A stretch of 64,000 nt of DNA from Octopus sinensis (Eukaryota). The stretch covers positions 4,092,001-4,156,000 of the forward strand of contig NC_043008.1 of NCBI RefSeq assembly GCF_006345805.1, in the 5' to 3' direction. Under the pieces are notes generated by a model. The model saw only the letters and a program-made list of their open reading frames with translations. It had not been told where the DNA came from and made no database searches. The stretch's first letter is position 1. Every line of letters begins with the position of its first letter. Positions 1 to 12,719 of this stretch are shown here, in pieces. Position numbers and translations under genes: made by a program.

Positions 1-234
1 AGCTGCCTTGAAAAATATCTAATGGGCACTGCTTTTAACCCTCTGCTTTATTTTTCCCTGTATTATCATTGTGACATTGATGCTGTTCAAATTTCGTTTT
101 GAAGTTATCCTTCACTTCATGCTTGATCATTAATTCACTTTCTGGGGGGGGGTGTTCCTACAATGTTGCATTATTGATTTTCTTGATAGGATCTGTTTGT
201 CATGACATTTGATGACTTTGCACAGTGTTCTGTT

Positions 235-266
<32 letters not shown>

Positions 267-989
267 GTGCGTGCACACATACACACACATATTTATGTAT
301 GCATGTGTGTGAGGGGTGAATATCTAAAAGTCACATATATATATATAGTAATTATTTTATTAATTAATCTTTGCCTAGCTTCTGATACTATTGATCTTGA
401 CATTCTGTTTGATGTTCTTCTTAAAGTGCCTTCACTGAAATGGTTTCAATCTGTGATCTACAAAGATGATAATAGTGGTTATTTTGTGGTTTGTTCTTGT
501 GTTCCTTGCAAATTGATATACTAATTTACAAAATTACAGAGTGCCTAACTAATACCAAAAAACAGATGGCCAGATTTCAATCTATTTAACCTCAATTAAG
601 CATGAGCAAATGAGGGTGCATCTATATGGCCAGGAGAAGTTAACAAATCTCTCACAAATCATACCCTACTGTCTTCGGAGAATTACCAGATAATCACAGC
701 TAGAACAATAAATTTGCTTAAGCCTGGGTCTAAATAAAAGAACAACTCTATGACTCAACAACAGGCTTCATATTCTTTGACAATTCTTTTGCCTGTATTT
801 TATTTGAATTTGTATATAAGCCATTACTAAACTTTATATGAGTTGATTATGATCCTATAATTGATTATTCTTTCTATATGGAAAAAGTCAACTTTATACT
901 TTGTAGTAAAACTAATTATGAAATACAGAGCAGATGTAGAAGAAATTACAATAAACACAAGTTTATAGTTCTTCTCTATGTTTGGCACA

Positions 990-1270
990 GCATTGGATGT
1001 TCCAAGAACATTTGGATGCTTATCTAGAATGGATGATCAAGGACCACTTTATGGCATTAAGAATGAGAGAACTAATGTCAAGGGATGGGTTGACGATAAG
1101 TCATTTTATAAGTATTTTTGCAAGGAAATGGAAAGAAAGCAAAATACATATAATAAAATGCCATCAAGCCAACAAGTTCTGGCATTAGTTCTTGGTAGCT
1201 TCATGCAATTCTGTGCTCCCTGATGATCCATTCTGGTTAAGCATCCAAACATACTTGGAACATCGAATGC
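990..1270. repeat. Imperfect ~280-bp foldback (palindromic MITE-like)
   Basis: gcattggatgttccaagaacatttggatgcttatctagaatggatgatcaagga (from 990) is the near reverse complement of tccctgatgatccattctggttaagcatccaaacatacttggaacatcgaatgc (to 1270). Weaker complementarity continues inward to a purine loop at ~1121-1138. Confidence 0.8.
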
Positions 1271-1310
1271 AGGGTTCCAGGCAATCCTAAGGATGAAATG
1301 TATACATTTC

Positions 1311-1712
1311 TATCTTTTACGTGTTTCAGTCGTTAGACTGTGGCCAGGACCAGAAACCTCCTCGAAGAAGTTTAGTCAAACATATTGACCCCAATAGTTA
1401 TTTTATTTTTTAAACCAGGTGCTTATTCTATCGGTCACTTTTGCCAAACTACAAAGCTATGGGGACATAGGCACACTAACACCGGTTGTCAACTATTGAT
1501 TTGGGTCAAACACACACACACACACACATGCAAACATATATATTTATATACACATACATACATACACAACGGTCTTCTTTCAGTTTCCATCTGCCAAATC
1601 CACTCACATGGCTTTGGTCAACTTCTATAGCTCAAGGCTATAGAAGAAGACACTTTCCCAAAGTGTGACCCAGTAGGGCTGAACCCAGAACCATGTGGTT
1701 GGGAAGCAACCT
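1311..1712 (-). mobile_element. SINE family A (tRNA-like head, ccttgggcaag-type core, microsatellite hinge, tail 1)
   Basis: Reverse complement of the family seen at 7080-7445; internal (CA)n/(TA)n. Confidence 0.8.
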
Positions 1713-1783
1713 ACACCTGCAGGTAGAAGCTGATAAGACAAACTGCTGTTTATCATAATTTCTCATGTGTGTATAATCATATA

Positions 1784-1898
1784 TTTCATGTTGGTCGAGC
1801 CAGTCTCTTGCTACTCTGAGTTTCGCCTGTAGATACACAGGATCTGTAGCTATAAGGGGAAACTCACACTAGCAAGAGACTGACTCAACCAAAATAAA
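1784..1898. repeat. ~115-nt long hairpin / short palindromic element
   Basis: ttggtcgagccagtctcttgctactctgagtttcgcc pairs with ggggaaactcacactagcaagagactgactcaaccaa (5 mismatches in 37); the stem continues to a ~5-nt loop. Confidence 0.85.
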
Positions 1899-1965
1899 GC
1901 ATCTTTAATCTTTACCATGGTGTTGAGTTCTCTTTTTTGTGACAGTTAATACTAAACATATACTT

Positions 1966-2006
<41 letters not shown>

Positions 2007-2729
2007 GATACATACATACATATATATATATATACACTCACAGACATATGCACACATGGACTTGTACACACATGCACTCACACACACACACACATGTATA
2101 TGTACACAATCATAAAAGCTGTGAATTCACAGAAATATAATAGAGTGCTATAATGCCTAACAGTATTTAAACTCGTCTTTCTATCTTTAGAGTTCAAATC
2201 CCACCAGGTTTCAAATTTTTCCTTTCATCCATGTGACGGATCAATATTACAAGTGTCATTTATATTGTAGAATCACTTCAATTGAATATATTCTCCTCCA
2301 CCCCTCTCACCACTAACCTCTACTAAAAACATTGCCTATTCAAAAGAAATCAATACATTCTGTAGTTGGTTCAATAACGATGAGAGAATATCATTCAAAA
2401 TTCTATCAATGATATAGAATACTTTTCATGGCATTTCTCATGTTGCCATTTTAAAAGCTCTGTATTAAAGGCTTACCAATATTTACACTGTGTGATTTAT
2501 CATAATTGATGGGTATATATATATTTATATAGATATAAGCATACAGTAAAAAAAGTTTTCTGCTTCAGCGATCCTGAGTTGGTAGAATGCTTTTTCCTGT
2601 TGATTCCAGTTGTTGATTAACCCCCAGATTATCTGCTGATCAACGAGACCTATAATTGAAGGTATTCCAGTCATGACCATTCCATCTTATTTTTATATAT
2701 TATCTATGTATATATAAATAATATAGTAT

Positions 2730-2990
2730 GTGGAAGGCATGGTTGGGTGGTTGAGAAGCTTGTTTCTCAACCACGTAGTCTTTGGTTCAGTTTCACTGCA
2801 GACCAACTTGGGCGAGTGTCCTTGTGAACAGATTTGGTATATGGAAACTGAAAGAAGACCACCATATATACTTATGTATATGTCTGTGTTTGTGTAAACC
2901 CCTCTTTGACATCAGCTGAGAGTTTGCAACAGGAAAGCAATTTAGCTGTCGGAAATCTGCCTCAACAAATTCCATCTGAGCCATGCAGGC
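2730..2990 (+). mobile_element. SINE family A head with RTE-type tail 2, internally deleted
   Basis: ggttgagaagcttgtttctcaaccacg...ttgggcgagtgtc head, then ggaaatctgcctcaacaaattccatctgagccatgc tail as at 26663 and 61055. Confidence 0.7.
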
Positions 2991-3808
2991 TGCCCCATGG
3001 GGAAAAATTGCTTAGAACTTCCATGATACATATTTCTTGCTTTCACTATCATGTTATAATAATGTTATAAGATATTTTAAAAATCGTATTGCCATTTGGT
3101 ATTATAACTCTTTCTACTAGAAAATATATAATCCTTTAATATTGTGTACTATAGTAAATATGAATGGCATTAAAACCGGATTCTTTTCATGTGCTTCTTT
3201 ATTGCTGCTTCTAAAGACCTGTTATTAAATTTTGTTCTTTAAAGTCCCCCCAACTCTTTTAGATTATATCAAACTGAAGCCCTTCACATTCCTTTTAACT
3301 CTGCAATTCCTCTCAACCCATCAACTATCCCCCAATTATTATTAGCCAGTTGTCTCACTTCATTTGATCTCCGCTCATGACTTAAAATCTCATTAAACTT
3401 TCCACTGACTATTTGTAGCTTTTGTGAGGTTTGTCTTTTTCTTTTCCGTTTTTCTATTCCTCAATATTTTTCTTATATTTCTTAACAGTTTACTGCAAAA
3501 TTAAATAAACATGCAAGTTACACTAGAATCAAGAATCACCTTCCACCCTCTCCCAACTAATCCATAATTCATTGATTATATTTGTAAATAATTTTGATTT
3601 TTATATTTTCTTTTTAACTGATGTATGGTAATGGAAATAAACTGGTGCTCATTTTGTATGTAATTTCCAAAAACGAAGAAGTAGAAAGCAATATTATTCT
3701 GCATTTTAGTATTTGGAAAACTATTGGAAACTATGTCAAAACTTGAAAGATTATAAATATCTGACCAAAATAATACAGTTTTGCTGTTGTTGTTATTCTC
3801 CTTCTTCT

Positions 3809-3811
<3 letters not shown>

Positions 3812-3857
<46 letters not shown>
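3812..3857. repeat. (ATT)n microsatellite
   Basis: Direct reading. Confidence 0.95.
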
Positions 3858-4519
3858 GTTGATTAGAATCTTTCAACTTTAATTATTTGAGTAAATATTT
3901 AACTGAATTAAGAGAAAATGTTAGACTTTTGACTAACTTTGATAATAACATTAACATGAAAGTTGTAATTAATAAAATAGTCTATTCATCATGCATGTTA
4001 TTATTTGTTATATTACATTAAGCATACTTTATTTGTAATGACAAAATAACCATATAATTTTACATTGAAAGTAGGATATTAAAGCAAAATACAGAATTTA
4101 ATATTTGTAAATTTTGTGTGTTTATAGAATAAATAAATAAATAAATGATGGAAGAAAAAGCGATTTTCACTGTATTGTTTATTTATTTATTTCAAATTTG
4201 CAATGTAGAAAATAAAAATTAGCTTAAATAGCTCCACATGGTCCATTTATCTTATGGGTAAGCCCAAAATCAAACATTTTTATGGCATTAGTCTGATCAC
4301 ACACACACACACATAGCGTTTGTGTGCGTTTGGAATTAATAATTCACTCCATTGTTAGTTTCCTGCATGTACAATATATCTCCTCATTCAAATCGATGGC
4401 TAAAAGTTCATAACATCAAAATTAGGTGAATCTGCAGGATGGTTCATTTTTGATAGTGTGAAACCCCTTGACAATGGGGACATGGCACTCCCCGCAATTT
4501 AGCATATCATAAAGGATAG

Positions 4520-4745
4520 AAATTCTTCCTGAGTCATATAAACCCATAGAATTGGTTTCCATGGTACATATCTTACCCCACTGGGTAGGATACCCATCCA
4601 TCACAGGATTACTCATTTTTGCCAGCTGGGTAGACAGGAGCAACATGAAATGAAGTATTTTGCTCAAGAACACAACAGATCAGCCCAGTCAATGACTCGA
4701 AACCACAATCTTACAATCTGACAGTCTCACCACTAATCTAGCATC
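4520..4745 (-). mobile_element. SINE family D, decayed
   Basis: gccagctgggtagacaggagcaacatgaaatgaagtattttgctcaagaacacaac, followed by a B-box-like gactcgaaacc on the minus strand; related segment at 51320-51525. Confidence 0.6.
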
Positions 4746-5224
4746 ACAGGCCTCCCAAATGTGTCAATAATTAGCTATTAATTATTAAATCATCCCAATT
4801 CACTTTTGGAAACGTTTATTAATTAACCTGTACAAAGTGCTGGAGAGAAAAATAGCTTTGTGGGTCTTTAAGAGTACTTTTTAAGTTTGCGTATGATGAG
4901 GCCAGCAATGTGATCCACTTTTAGGTGGGGCAACTAGTTCCTTCGCTTCTGTATTTATGATATGATAGATGTTGAGATTGTCTTCCGTATGTTTTGGTGA
5001 TTTTATTGCTTCCAGAGGATAAAGGGTCTGAATATATCTGTAGTTTTGTTTTCTCTGCAAGTATGCAGACACTGAGGAAAATTTTGAAGGTTTCATGTAA
5101 TTTTTCATTGTGCATTGGAAAGAATTGGTGGGTTCTTTTTTTATTTGATTGGATTGGATTCAGATTTTGTTATTTTTTTTTTACAGCGGAAGGAGAAGGG
5201 TTTGTTTTATAATTTGAATTCATA

Positions 5225-5917
5225 CATGAGATGCGTTCATAAAGTATCCAACCTTTAGGCATAACAAAAACAATTTTGTACATGTCAAAAATGTTATTTA
5301 ATCACCTTCAAAATATTCCTCTTGGGAGTACACACAATCCTTGCAGCATTTCTGCCAATGCTGGTAACCCCTCTGGAACGCCTCCCCTAGAATGCTCTGG
5401 AGCTGTGACATCACTTTTCTCATAACTTCCTCTTGTGACTCAAATCACTTCCCTTTCAATGTTAAAATGGAATACATTGATCCTGTGCTTATCCCCACTT
5501 CATGAGTAATTTCCTGGATTGTTGCATGATGTTCTTCCAAGACTATTTGCTAAACCTCCTCAATTGGCTTCTGGATGGTCTGCCTGAGCATGCTTTACTC
5601 TCCTCTGAGGGGTGGCCATGTTTGAAGTGGTTGTACCACTCCTTCATTTAACCCATGGCATCATTGCCAGAGACCTACTGAATCATCTGCAGGGTTTGAG
5701 CTTGAATGTCACCAGGTTTGTGACAAAACTTGATGCAATATCTCTACTTGGTGAATTCAGTCATCTCATATGGAAATGAAAATCTGACATGTGTGAACAT
5801 TTTTTCATGCATGTGTAGGAAGGGTGGAGTCATCTCCCACCCACAGAATCTTGCCCATGTGACATCAGTTTTAGCAGGAAAAAAATGAAGTCAGATGCTT
5901 TTTGAACTCACCTCGTA
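5225..5917 (-). mobile_element. Internally deleted mariner DNA transposon
   Basis: TIRs catgagatgcgttcataaagtatccaacct / rc tacgaggtgagttcaaaaagcatctgactt, with TA at the right end. The minus strand translates (with stops and frameshifts) to an HTH N-terminus MTEFTK*RYCIKFC...KEWYNHFKHG...SGRPS...TIQEITHEVGISTGSMYSIL, joined directly to the C-terminus FESQEEVMRKVMSQL...WQKCCKDCVYSQEEYFEGD*. Confidence 0.9.
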
Positions 5918-6059
5918 TGTCTGTTGGCATCACAAAAATTCTTTCCTCATAGAAGTCTTTTCATAGATTGTGCTTGAATACACTTTGTTTTTCTTTGAGT
6001 TGTATAATATTGAGAGGAATAACTCCAAATTCTTATACCAATTGATCTGGAAACCCAGT

Positions 6060-6330
6060 GGCTATGGTTCATGACGTTCTCCAATAAACTGGAACACATT
6101 GTTGACAATGCCACTTCATACTTCATTGGGTCTCAAAACAGCAGGGCATGCTTCGCTGAATGGTTCCAGATATTAAAACAAACTCTGATGTCACATTACT
6201 GGAGATCAAAGATATTATCCACTACAAGTCATCAGAGAAAATTTCTCTTCTATAACTTCCATTCACTCCAAAATTCACAGCCTACCATTTAAAATCTAAA
6301 GCTTTTCCATGATGTTCGTTTTAAAAAAGC
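6060..6330 (+). mobile_element. Possible highly decayed CR1-like LINE ORF2 C-terminal remnant
   Basis: Weak similarity only (LEHIVDNATS..IG) to the post-RT region of CR1-type ORF2. Confidence 0.25.
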
Positions 6331-7025
6331 ATCATAGAAAAACTATCTCTTGATGATCTTGTTTAGTTTGGGTCCTTACCCCTACACCATATCATTCAGA
6401 ATAACACTAGTAATGTCTCTGGTCTACCACATAACGAAGCTATTTTGACCAGTGAGAGTTAACCCAACCGTTGGATTGCAGATGTCTTGCCTTATCCATA
6501 TTCTAGATATTACCTGAATCGGCACACATGTACTCTACATGTAGGAAACTCTTAGTTGCAATGGAATAAGTTATCAATTGCTTCCAACTAAACATAAATC
6601 TTACACCATGCTCTCAGTACCCTTTTTTATTCTCATTTGTTAGCATAAACACACACAAAACACACACAAAACAAATGTTTGTTAGTTTTTACACAAAAGT
6701 AACAATTGTTCAATACACACCTGTGTTTAGAAGTGCGTAGAGCCTGCTGTAATTGCGTATTGATAAGATTATTTCCTCATTGGCAAATAATCTTATTTAT
6801 CAATACACGTTTATCAATATTTATCATCACCCAATTACACACACACACACACACACACACACATATTGACATATTTCTCTTGTTCTCACTCTATGTGAAG
6901 GAACATTTTTATCCAAAATATGGGATTACTTAATGTTTTAATGTAAAAAATGAAGCTTTGTCCTTATTTGTATTTAATCTATTCCCAACTACATTAGTAT
7001 GACTTTCTAAACTACTGTTTTAGTT

Positions 7026-7066
<41 letters not shown>

Positions 7067-7079
7067 TATATATATGCAT

Positions 7080-7445
7080 ATGTGGGTGTGTGGTAAGAAG
7101 CTTGCTTCCCGACTACATGGTTCAAGGTTCAATCCCACTGTGTGGTACCTTGGGCAAGTGTCTTCTACTATAGCTTTGGGCCAACGAAAGCCTTGTGAGT
7201 GGATTTGGTAGATGAAAGCTGAAAGAAGTGTGTGCGTGTGTGTCTGTCTTTGTGTCTATGTTTGTCCCCCCACCATGTCTTGACAACCGGTGTTGGCATG
7301 TTTACATTCCTTTAACCTAGCAGTTTAGCAAAAGTGACCAACAGAATAAGTATTAAGTTTTTAAAAAATTGTTCTGGGTTGATTCATTTGACTAAAAGCT
7401 CTTTGAGGTAGTGCTCCAGCAAGACTGCAGTCTAATGAAACAGAT
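7080..7445 (+). mobile_element. SINE family A with tail 1
   Basis: A-box-like gtgggtgtgtggtaag, B-box ggttcaatccc, ccttgggcaagtgtcttctactatagc core, (GT)n hinge, tail gacaaccggtgttggc...gtgctccagc...aatgaaaca. Confidence 0.85.
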
Positions 7446-7467
7446 TGCTCAATTGGCAAAAGTGAGT

Positions 7468-7638
7468 CATGCCTGTATTTCAAAGGGCCAGCCTCGTCAC
7501 ACTGAACCTCCCTGACAATTATGTTAAGGGTACACATGTCTGTGGAGTACTCAGTCATTTCCATATTAATATCACGAGCAGGTTTGTCCCATTGATCAGA
7601 TCAGCAAGAACATTCGTCATCATAACTGATGGAGGGAC
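7468..7638 (+). mobile_element. SINE 3' segment fragment
   Basis: GC-richer repeat-like block (tttcaaagggccagcctcgtcacac...gtacacatgtctgtggagtactcag...ttgatcagatcagc) abutting the preceding SINE. Confidence 0.45.
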
Positions 7639-9369
7639 AGTAATTATATCTGACTTCATTTAGTGCTTCCGAGATGGGTGAGAGACATTTTGGCACAGCC
7701 GTACCTGACTAATAATTGTTACTTTTATAAATTGTTTACCTTCTGGTTGCCACAATAAAATTTTGATGCTGCAATTCATTTTGAAGCGGTAAAATGGCTT
7801 CAACTCTGATTGAATTGAGATTTGAAACTTCTGAGGAGAATTTGACTCTGAGAACAATGTCTTCAATGGAGAAATTTACATTTCTTTTGAGATTTAGTTT
7901 AATATCAAAATTGCTCTTTCATTGGAAACCAACTTTGTAATGAAAAGTATCTTGAAATATATGACCATCCTGTTGACTTCAGGTTTAAATGGTATTTGTG
8001 ATGTTCACGCCTATCTTGAAGGTAATTGAATTAATTAAGCAGGTTAATTGAAAAATCCACAAGAATGAAGCTTGTGATGAGGAGGAAGTCTTTAACTTCG
8101 TTTCCACCAAGTTTAATCTCTAAGGATACATGGCTCACTGCCATTAAAATATCAAGTGTGGGGGAGAAAAACGAATTAAACCAATTAAATTTGTTTAATC
8201 TTTTTTCTATTTAATTTCTTGTATTTTACTTTTTCAAGCATTTCACCATTTTAGAAGCAAATAACAATCTTAACTGTTGGTTGAAAATGTAAGGAAGTGC
8301 AAGCATTTTTGTTGATTATTGTTTTAGTTTTATTTCCTTTAATTACTGCCAAACCTAGATATAAATATTTCTATCCAAATGGATTTTGAAAAAAAAAATT
8401 ATATTTATTTGTTTATTTATCTTTTTTGTTTGAAAACGATAACAAAAATTATAGTGTATCAAACAAATTATTTCAATTATAATCTAAATTATGATCTACA
8501 TTGTATTTTTTTTTTATATTTTTACATTTAAATGTTTATTTTCCAAATGTTACATTATAATATTAAGTCTATATCGTAGAAATATCTTGGAATTGTTTTT
8601 GACATCAAATAATGAAAAATACATTAGAAAGTTGGAAGTTAAAGATATTTAGAAATTCCAGCATGTAGTATCAGCACATACATCACATTGCTACTGCTTC
8701 TGTTGATGCTGGAAAGAAAAATGATAATGATAAAAAAAAGTAATAAAAACAAAAGAAAAAGGAAAAATAAATAAAGAAACAAGTCATTTTTAATATTCAA
8801 AATGCTTTTCAAGGAATCAAGTGTAAGTAATCGGAAGAAATATCTAAGATTTTATTGCGGGAAATTCTTATAAGTATTTCTATGAATAAATATCTGAATA
8901 ATTTATGGCCATATTTCATAACTACTGCTGCTGTTGTTATTATTATTGTTGTTGTTAGTAGTAGTAATTACTTAGTTTCTTTTTACTAAAAAAAAACGAA
9001 GAAAACAGTTGATTTTAATGTTTAAAAATATGCTTAAGTATGATCGAATAATAATGATACTTTATTAAAACTTTCAGGTTTTCTGTTGTTTTAGACTCAG
9101 CATATAATATTATTCTTCACTTGCCAAGAAGATAGTTGATATATTTATATCTAATGGTAAAAATTATTTATGAGCTATTTGACAAAAAAAAGTGAACTTT
9201 TATATATTTTCATTATTTTAAACAAAAGAATTAAAAGTAAGATATGTATTTTTACATTTCTAAGGAAAGTCTGAGTTACTTTTTAAATAGAATTCTTTTA
9301 CTGGTTTCAGTTATTTTACTGCCCCTATATAGTGAGTGGGTTGGTGGGGGTGGGGGAGCCATGCCCTCA

Positions 9370-9700
9370 GGGATTTTAGCCAATCTGATCAGCCCCAATA
9401 TTTATATCAGTCTGGTACTATTATATTGATCTTCGTTTATGAACAGGCTGAGACAAAAGACATAAAAGAACATAACATAAACAACAGTATCGATTTTTGG
9501 ACCATACACAAATACATACATACACTCACACAGTCCAACTTTGACAGGTTCTTTCTTTCAATTTCCATTTACAAAGAATTAGTCAATACTAAGCTTTATT
9601 AGAAGGCATTAACCCAAGGTGAAGCAGACTGAGATTGAACCCAAAAGTGCTAAGTTTAAAAGTTTAAAAGCAAATTTCTAAACCACAAATCGGCCATGAT
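9370..9700 (-). mobile_element. SINE family A, strongly decayed
   Basis: Remnants of ttctttcaatttcc, cccaaggtg, gattgaaccc and aaccaca motifs in family order. Confidence 0.55.
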
Positions 9701-10019
9701 TGAACACCTATGATCATATCTTTTCCCTCAAGATTTTTCGCATGGCTTGAATAGAACCAGCAACAGCAACAGCAACAACAATTATTCAGTATGCATTGTA
9801 TTCTTCAAGTTTTACTCCCAGTCTTCAAGCTGCACAGATAATGATAGAACTTCTATTTGGCATGTTCATTGACAAAGGACTGGAGCATTTAATTCAAATG
9901 AGAAAATTAAACTCAATAATGAATAAAGTATCTAAAATGGAAATAATAATCTCTGACAAGTGTTTCCAGGATAACTTTGCATGATCCACGAAACTAAATT
10001 CTTTCATTTAATTAATATT

Positions 10020-10230
10020 CATTTCAAATTTTCGCACAAGGCCAGCAACTTTGAAGGAGGGCTTAAGTCAATTACATCAAACCCAGAGTTCAACTGGTAC
10101 TTTTTTTATCAACCCCTAATAGGATGAAATGCAAAATCAACCTTGGCAGAATTTGAACTCAGAACATGAAGACAGACGAAATGACACGAAACATTTTGCC
10201 TGCCAGGCTAAACATATTCTGCCAGCTCAT
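10020..10230 (-). mobile_element. SINE family B (tRNA-like head, gcctttcatcc...taaagtaccag central domain)
   Basis: Plus strand reads ggtacttt..atcaaccc...ggatgaaatgcaaaatcaaccttggcagaatttgaactcagaac...ctgccagctca; a more decayed copy follows at ~10255-10470. Confidence 0.8.
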
Positions 10231-10939
10231 TTCCTTTTTCATGTAATTAATATTGACTTCTAGCTTAGACAGGTTTCAAATTTAGAAGATGAGTATAATC
10301 AATTTGATCATCCCTGTTATTTGACTGCTACATTATTTCATCAACCTCAGAAAGATGAAAGGTAAATTTGAACTTGCTTTCAATTGGACCATAATTAAAT
10401 GACCACAATTAAATATCACTAAGCATTCTGTTTGACACTTTCATGTTTATGACACTAATGTTTCTGCCTTATTTTAATACACTTATACTCATCATTTAAT
10501 TCACTGTATCATCTCCATAAGATTTGCAATAATTTTAATGTCCCTGCCTCAGTGACATATTAAGCATTTGTAGATTATTACTATCATTTCCAACTTTAAC
10601 ATATATATGAAGCGTTATGAGTGGATTTGGTAGCTGGAATCTGAAAGAAGCCCACCATATGTATGGTGGCTTCAGTGGAGCATACTAGCTTTATTCCTCT
10701 GCATTCAATGCCTGTACTCTGCATTTAGGGCCACTTCTCAGTACTATATAGTACTGTTGTTCATACACATGCGTCATACAATCTTCCTTTCACTTGGAAA
10801 GGAGATATTTGGTAGCCAACAATGGTAAAAGCTCTCTGAACTTTCTTCATCTTATTCTTATTCTGACAATTACATTTTTAGTACATCCTTCTCCACAGCT
10901 AATTAGGTCACCTAAGTTGCAAAAATTATCCACTACTGC

Positions 10940-11430
10940 TAGAGAGTCTCCAGAGCATTTGAGAAAATCAGTTTACCATATGTCTGTAGACTTTATGGCT
11001 CCTGTGCATCTTCCAAACTCGTTCCTCTGTTAATCTTCCTATTATTCCACTGCACCTCTTATATGTTCATAGCTTGCACTAAGTACACTGGATAGAATTC
11101 CTGCCTATATACTGTTTCTACATATTGAACTGGGCCATTTATTTGAGGTGGGTAGGATCCTGTCCATTTTCTTGCTTACTGGAACCGTGTTCTTTGCTAT
11201 GATAACTTTAAAGCCTTTTGATTCTAGGTTTTGCTCCCACACTTGGGATTTCTTTTTGAGTTCTGTTATGAAAGCAAGATCATGAGCATATAGTAGTTCT
11301 CAAGGGTAGTCAGACTTAAATTTATCTGTTATGGCCTGAACAACACTGATGAATAGGAAAGGGTCAAGGTTTGGGCCTCAGTGAACACCTGCTTGTCCAC
11401 TAGATTCATCACTGTACTTATGACCAACTT
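10940..11430 (-). mobile_element. RTE-like LINE reverse transcriptase fragment (pseudogenic)
   Basis: Minus strand translates to GVH*GPNLDPFLFISVVQAITDKFKSDYP*ELLYAHDLAF (degenerate QG and YADD motifs), then WEQNLESKGFKV and a Cys-rich segment. Confidence 0.85.
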
Positions 11431-12334
11431 ATCCCTCCCCCAAAATTGCTGGCCTTGTGCCTAAGTAATAAACTATGAATAATTATGTTAATAAATGACA
11501 TTTATTGTCCTCTATGCGAGACAGAGTCAGACAGACAGACAGACAATAATGTTCTATAAATTCTAGCTTTCGACAAATGAATGTTAAATCAAAAATGTTT
11601 ATCATGTCATTCCTTCATGATGAAATTTGAATGTGCGTGTGCATGTTTGTACTTTTGTATGTGTATTCATACTTGTGTGTGTGCATGTACTCCATATGGT
11701 CAATTCCGTGAAGCCATTGAGTCCAAAGATGTGTTTCTCTTTGTGATGAAATTGACAAATATGCACACACACACACATGTGCGTGCATAAATACACAAGT
11801 ATTTTTCACCACCCATCCCATGTCTTTACCTGTCCTCCACTGAATTTAACACCTTGATCAGTTCTTCTCCCAAGAACATCAACACCTTAGAATTCCCTAT
11901 TGGCCCATGTTTCTTTCCCCACCACCCTTCAACAGACACCAACTTATTAACTATATTGATCTCTCAGCCTTGATGGGCCTGCAAATGTCATGGACACTGC
12001 TTCTTCCCTCTGAGCCAACCATCAAAAATAATACATTATCTAGCTTCGTTAATTGGTGGTATTTACAATTCTACTTAATTTTGATTTGCTTCAGCTGTGA
12101 TGAAATTGGTGTCATAGTAATTTGGTGATAAATGGCTTCACTTTTGCGTATTGGCTTCAATCCCTAGCGATACTAATTTAATTTGCTTGCTAAAGTATAA
12201 TTTCTTTCAAGGGTGGAGCACGGTACCAGCTCTTATTGCTATTACAAGTGATTACTGCTTGTAAAAAAAAACCGTCCATCTATGAAATATTTCTCATGGC
12301 TGTCCAAATTTACTACACGACAAACTAAGCATGA

Positions 12335-12605
12335 AATCCTCATCATCATCATCATCTCTGTTCTCCTCATTATCATCATAATCAACCCTCTTATCATTAA
12401 CAGAAATCATCATCATCAACATAACCATTATCCTTCTACTCCTTCTCCACTGCCACATCATCATCATAGTCATCTTCATTGTTTGCATCTCCATACTCCT
12501 CATTATCATCAAATTAATCCCCATTGTTATTGAAAGAAATCATTCTCACCATCATGATGATGATCATCATCATCACCATATTTGTACTCCTCAGCATCAT
12601 CATTT
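12335..12605. repeat. Degenerate (CAT)n low-complexity tract
   Basis: Direct reading; source of the poly-H/I/M/D ORFs. Confidence 0.85.
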
Positions 12606-12719
12606 CTTTCCTTTTCCTAATAGAACGATGGCTTTACAAGCAGTACAATACATTTCCATTCTCCAATTTGCATAATCTTATCTGTGGGACATTCTCATCT
12701 TTTACTCTCTACCATTAAT

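Noticed and set aside
7080-7140. tRNA gene candidates from A/B-box-like motifs
   Set aside because: They are SINE heads continuing into SINE bodies, with no complete cloverleaf.
7660-7940. Short ORFs on both strands with a donor-like CAG|GTACGG
   Set aside because: No homology and no matching acceptor; insufficient support.
12282-12718. His/Ile/Met/Asp-rich ORFs
   Set aside because: Products of (CAT)n low complexity.
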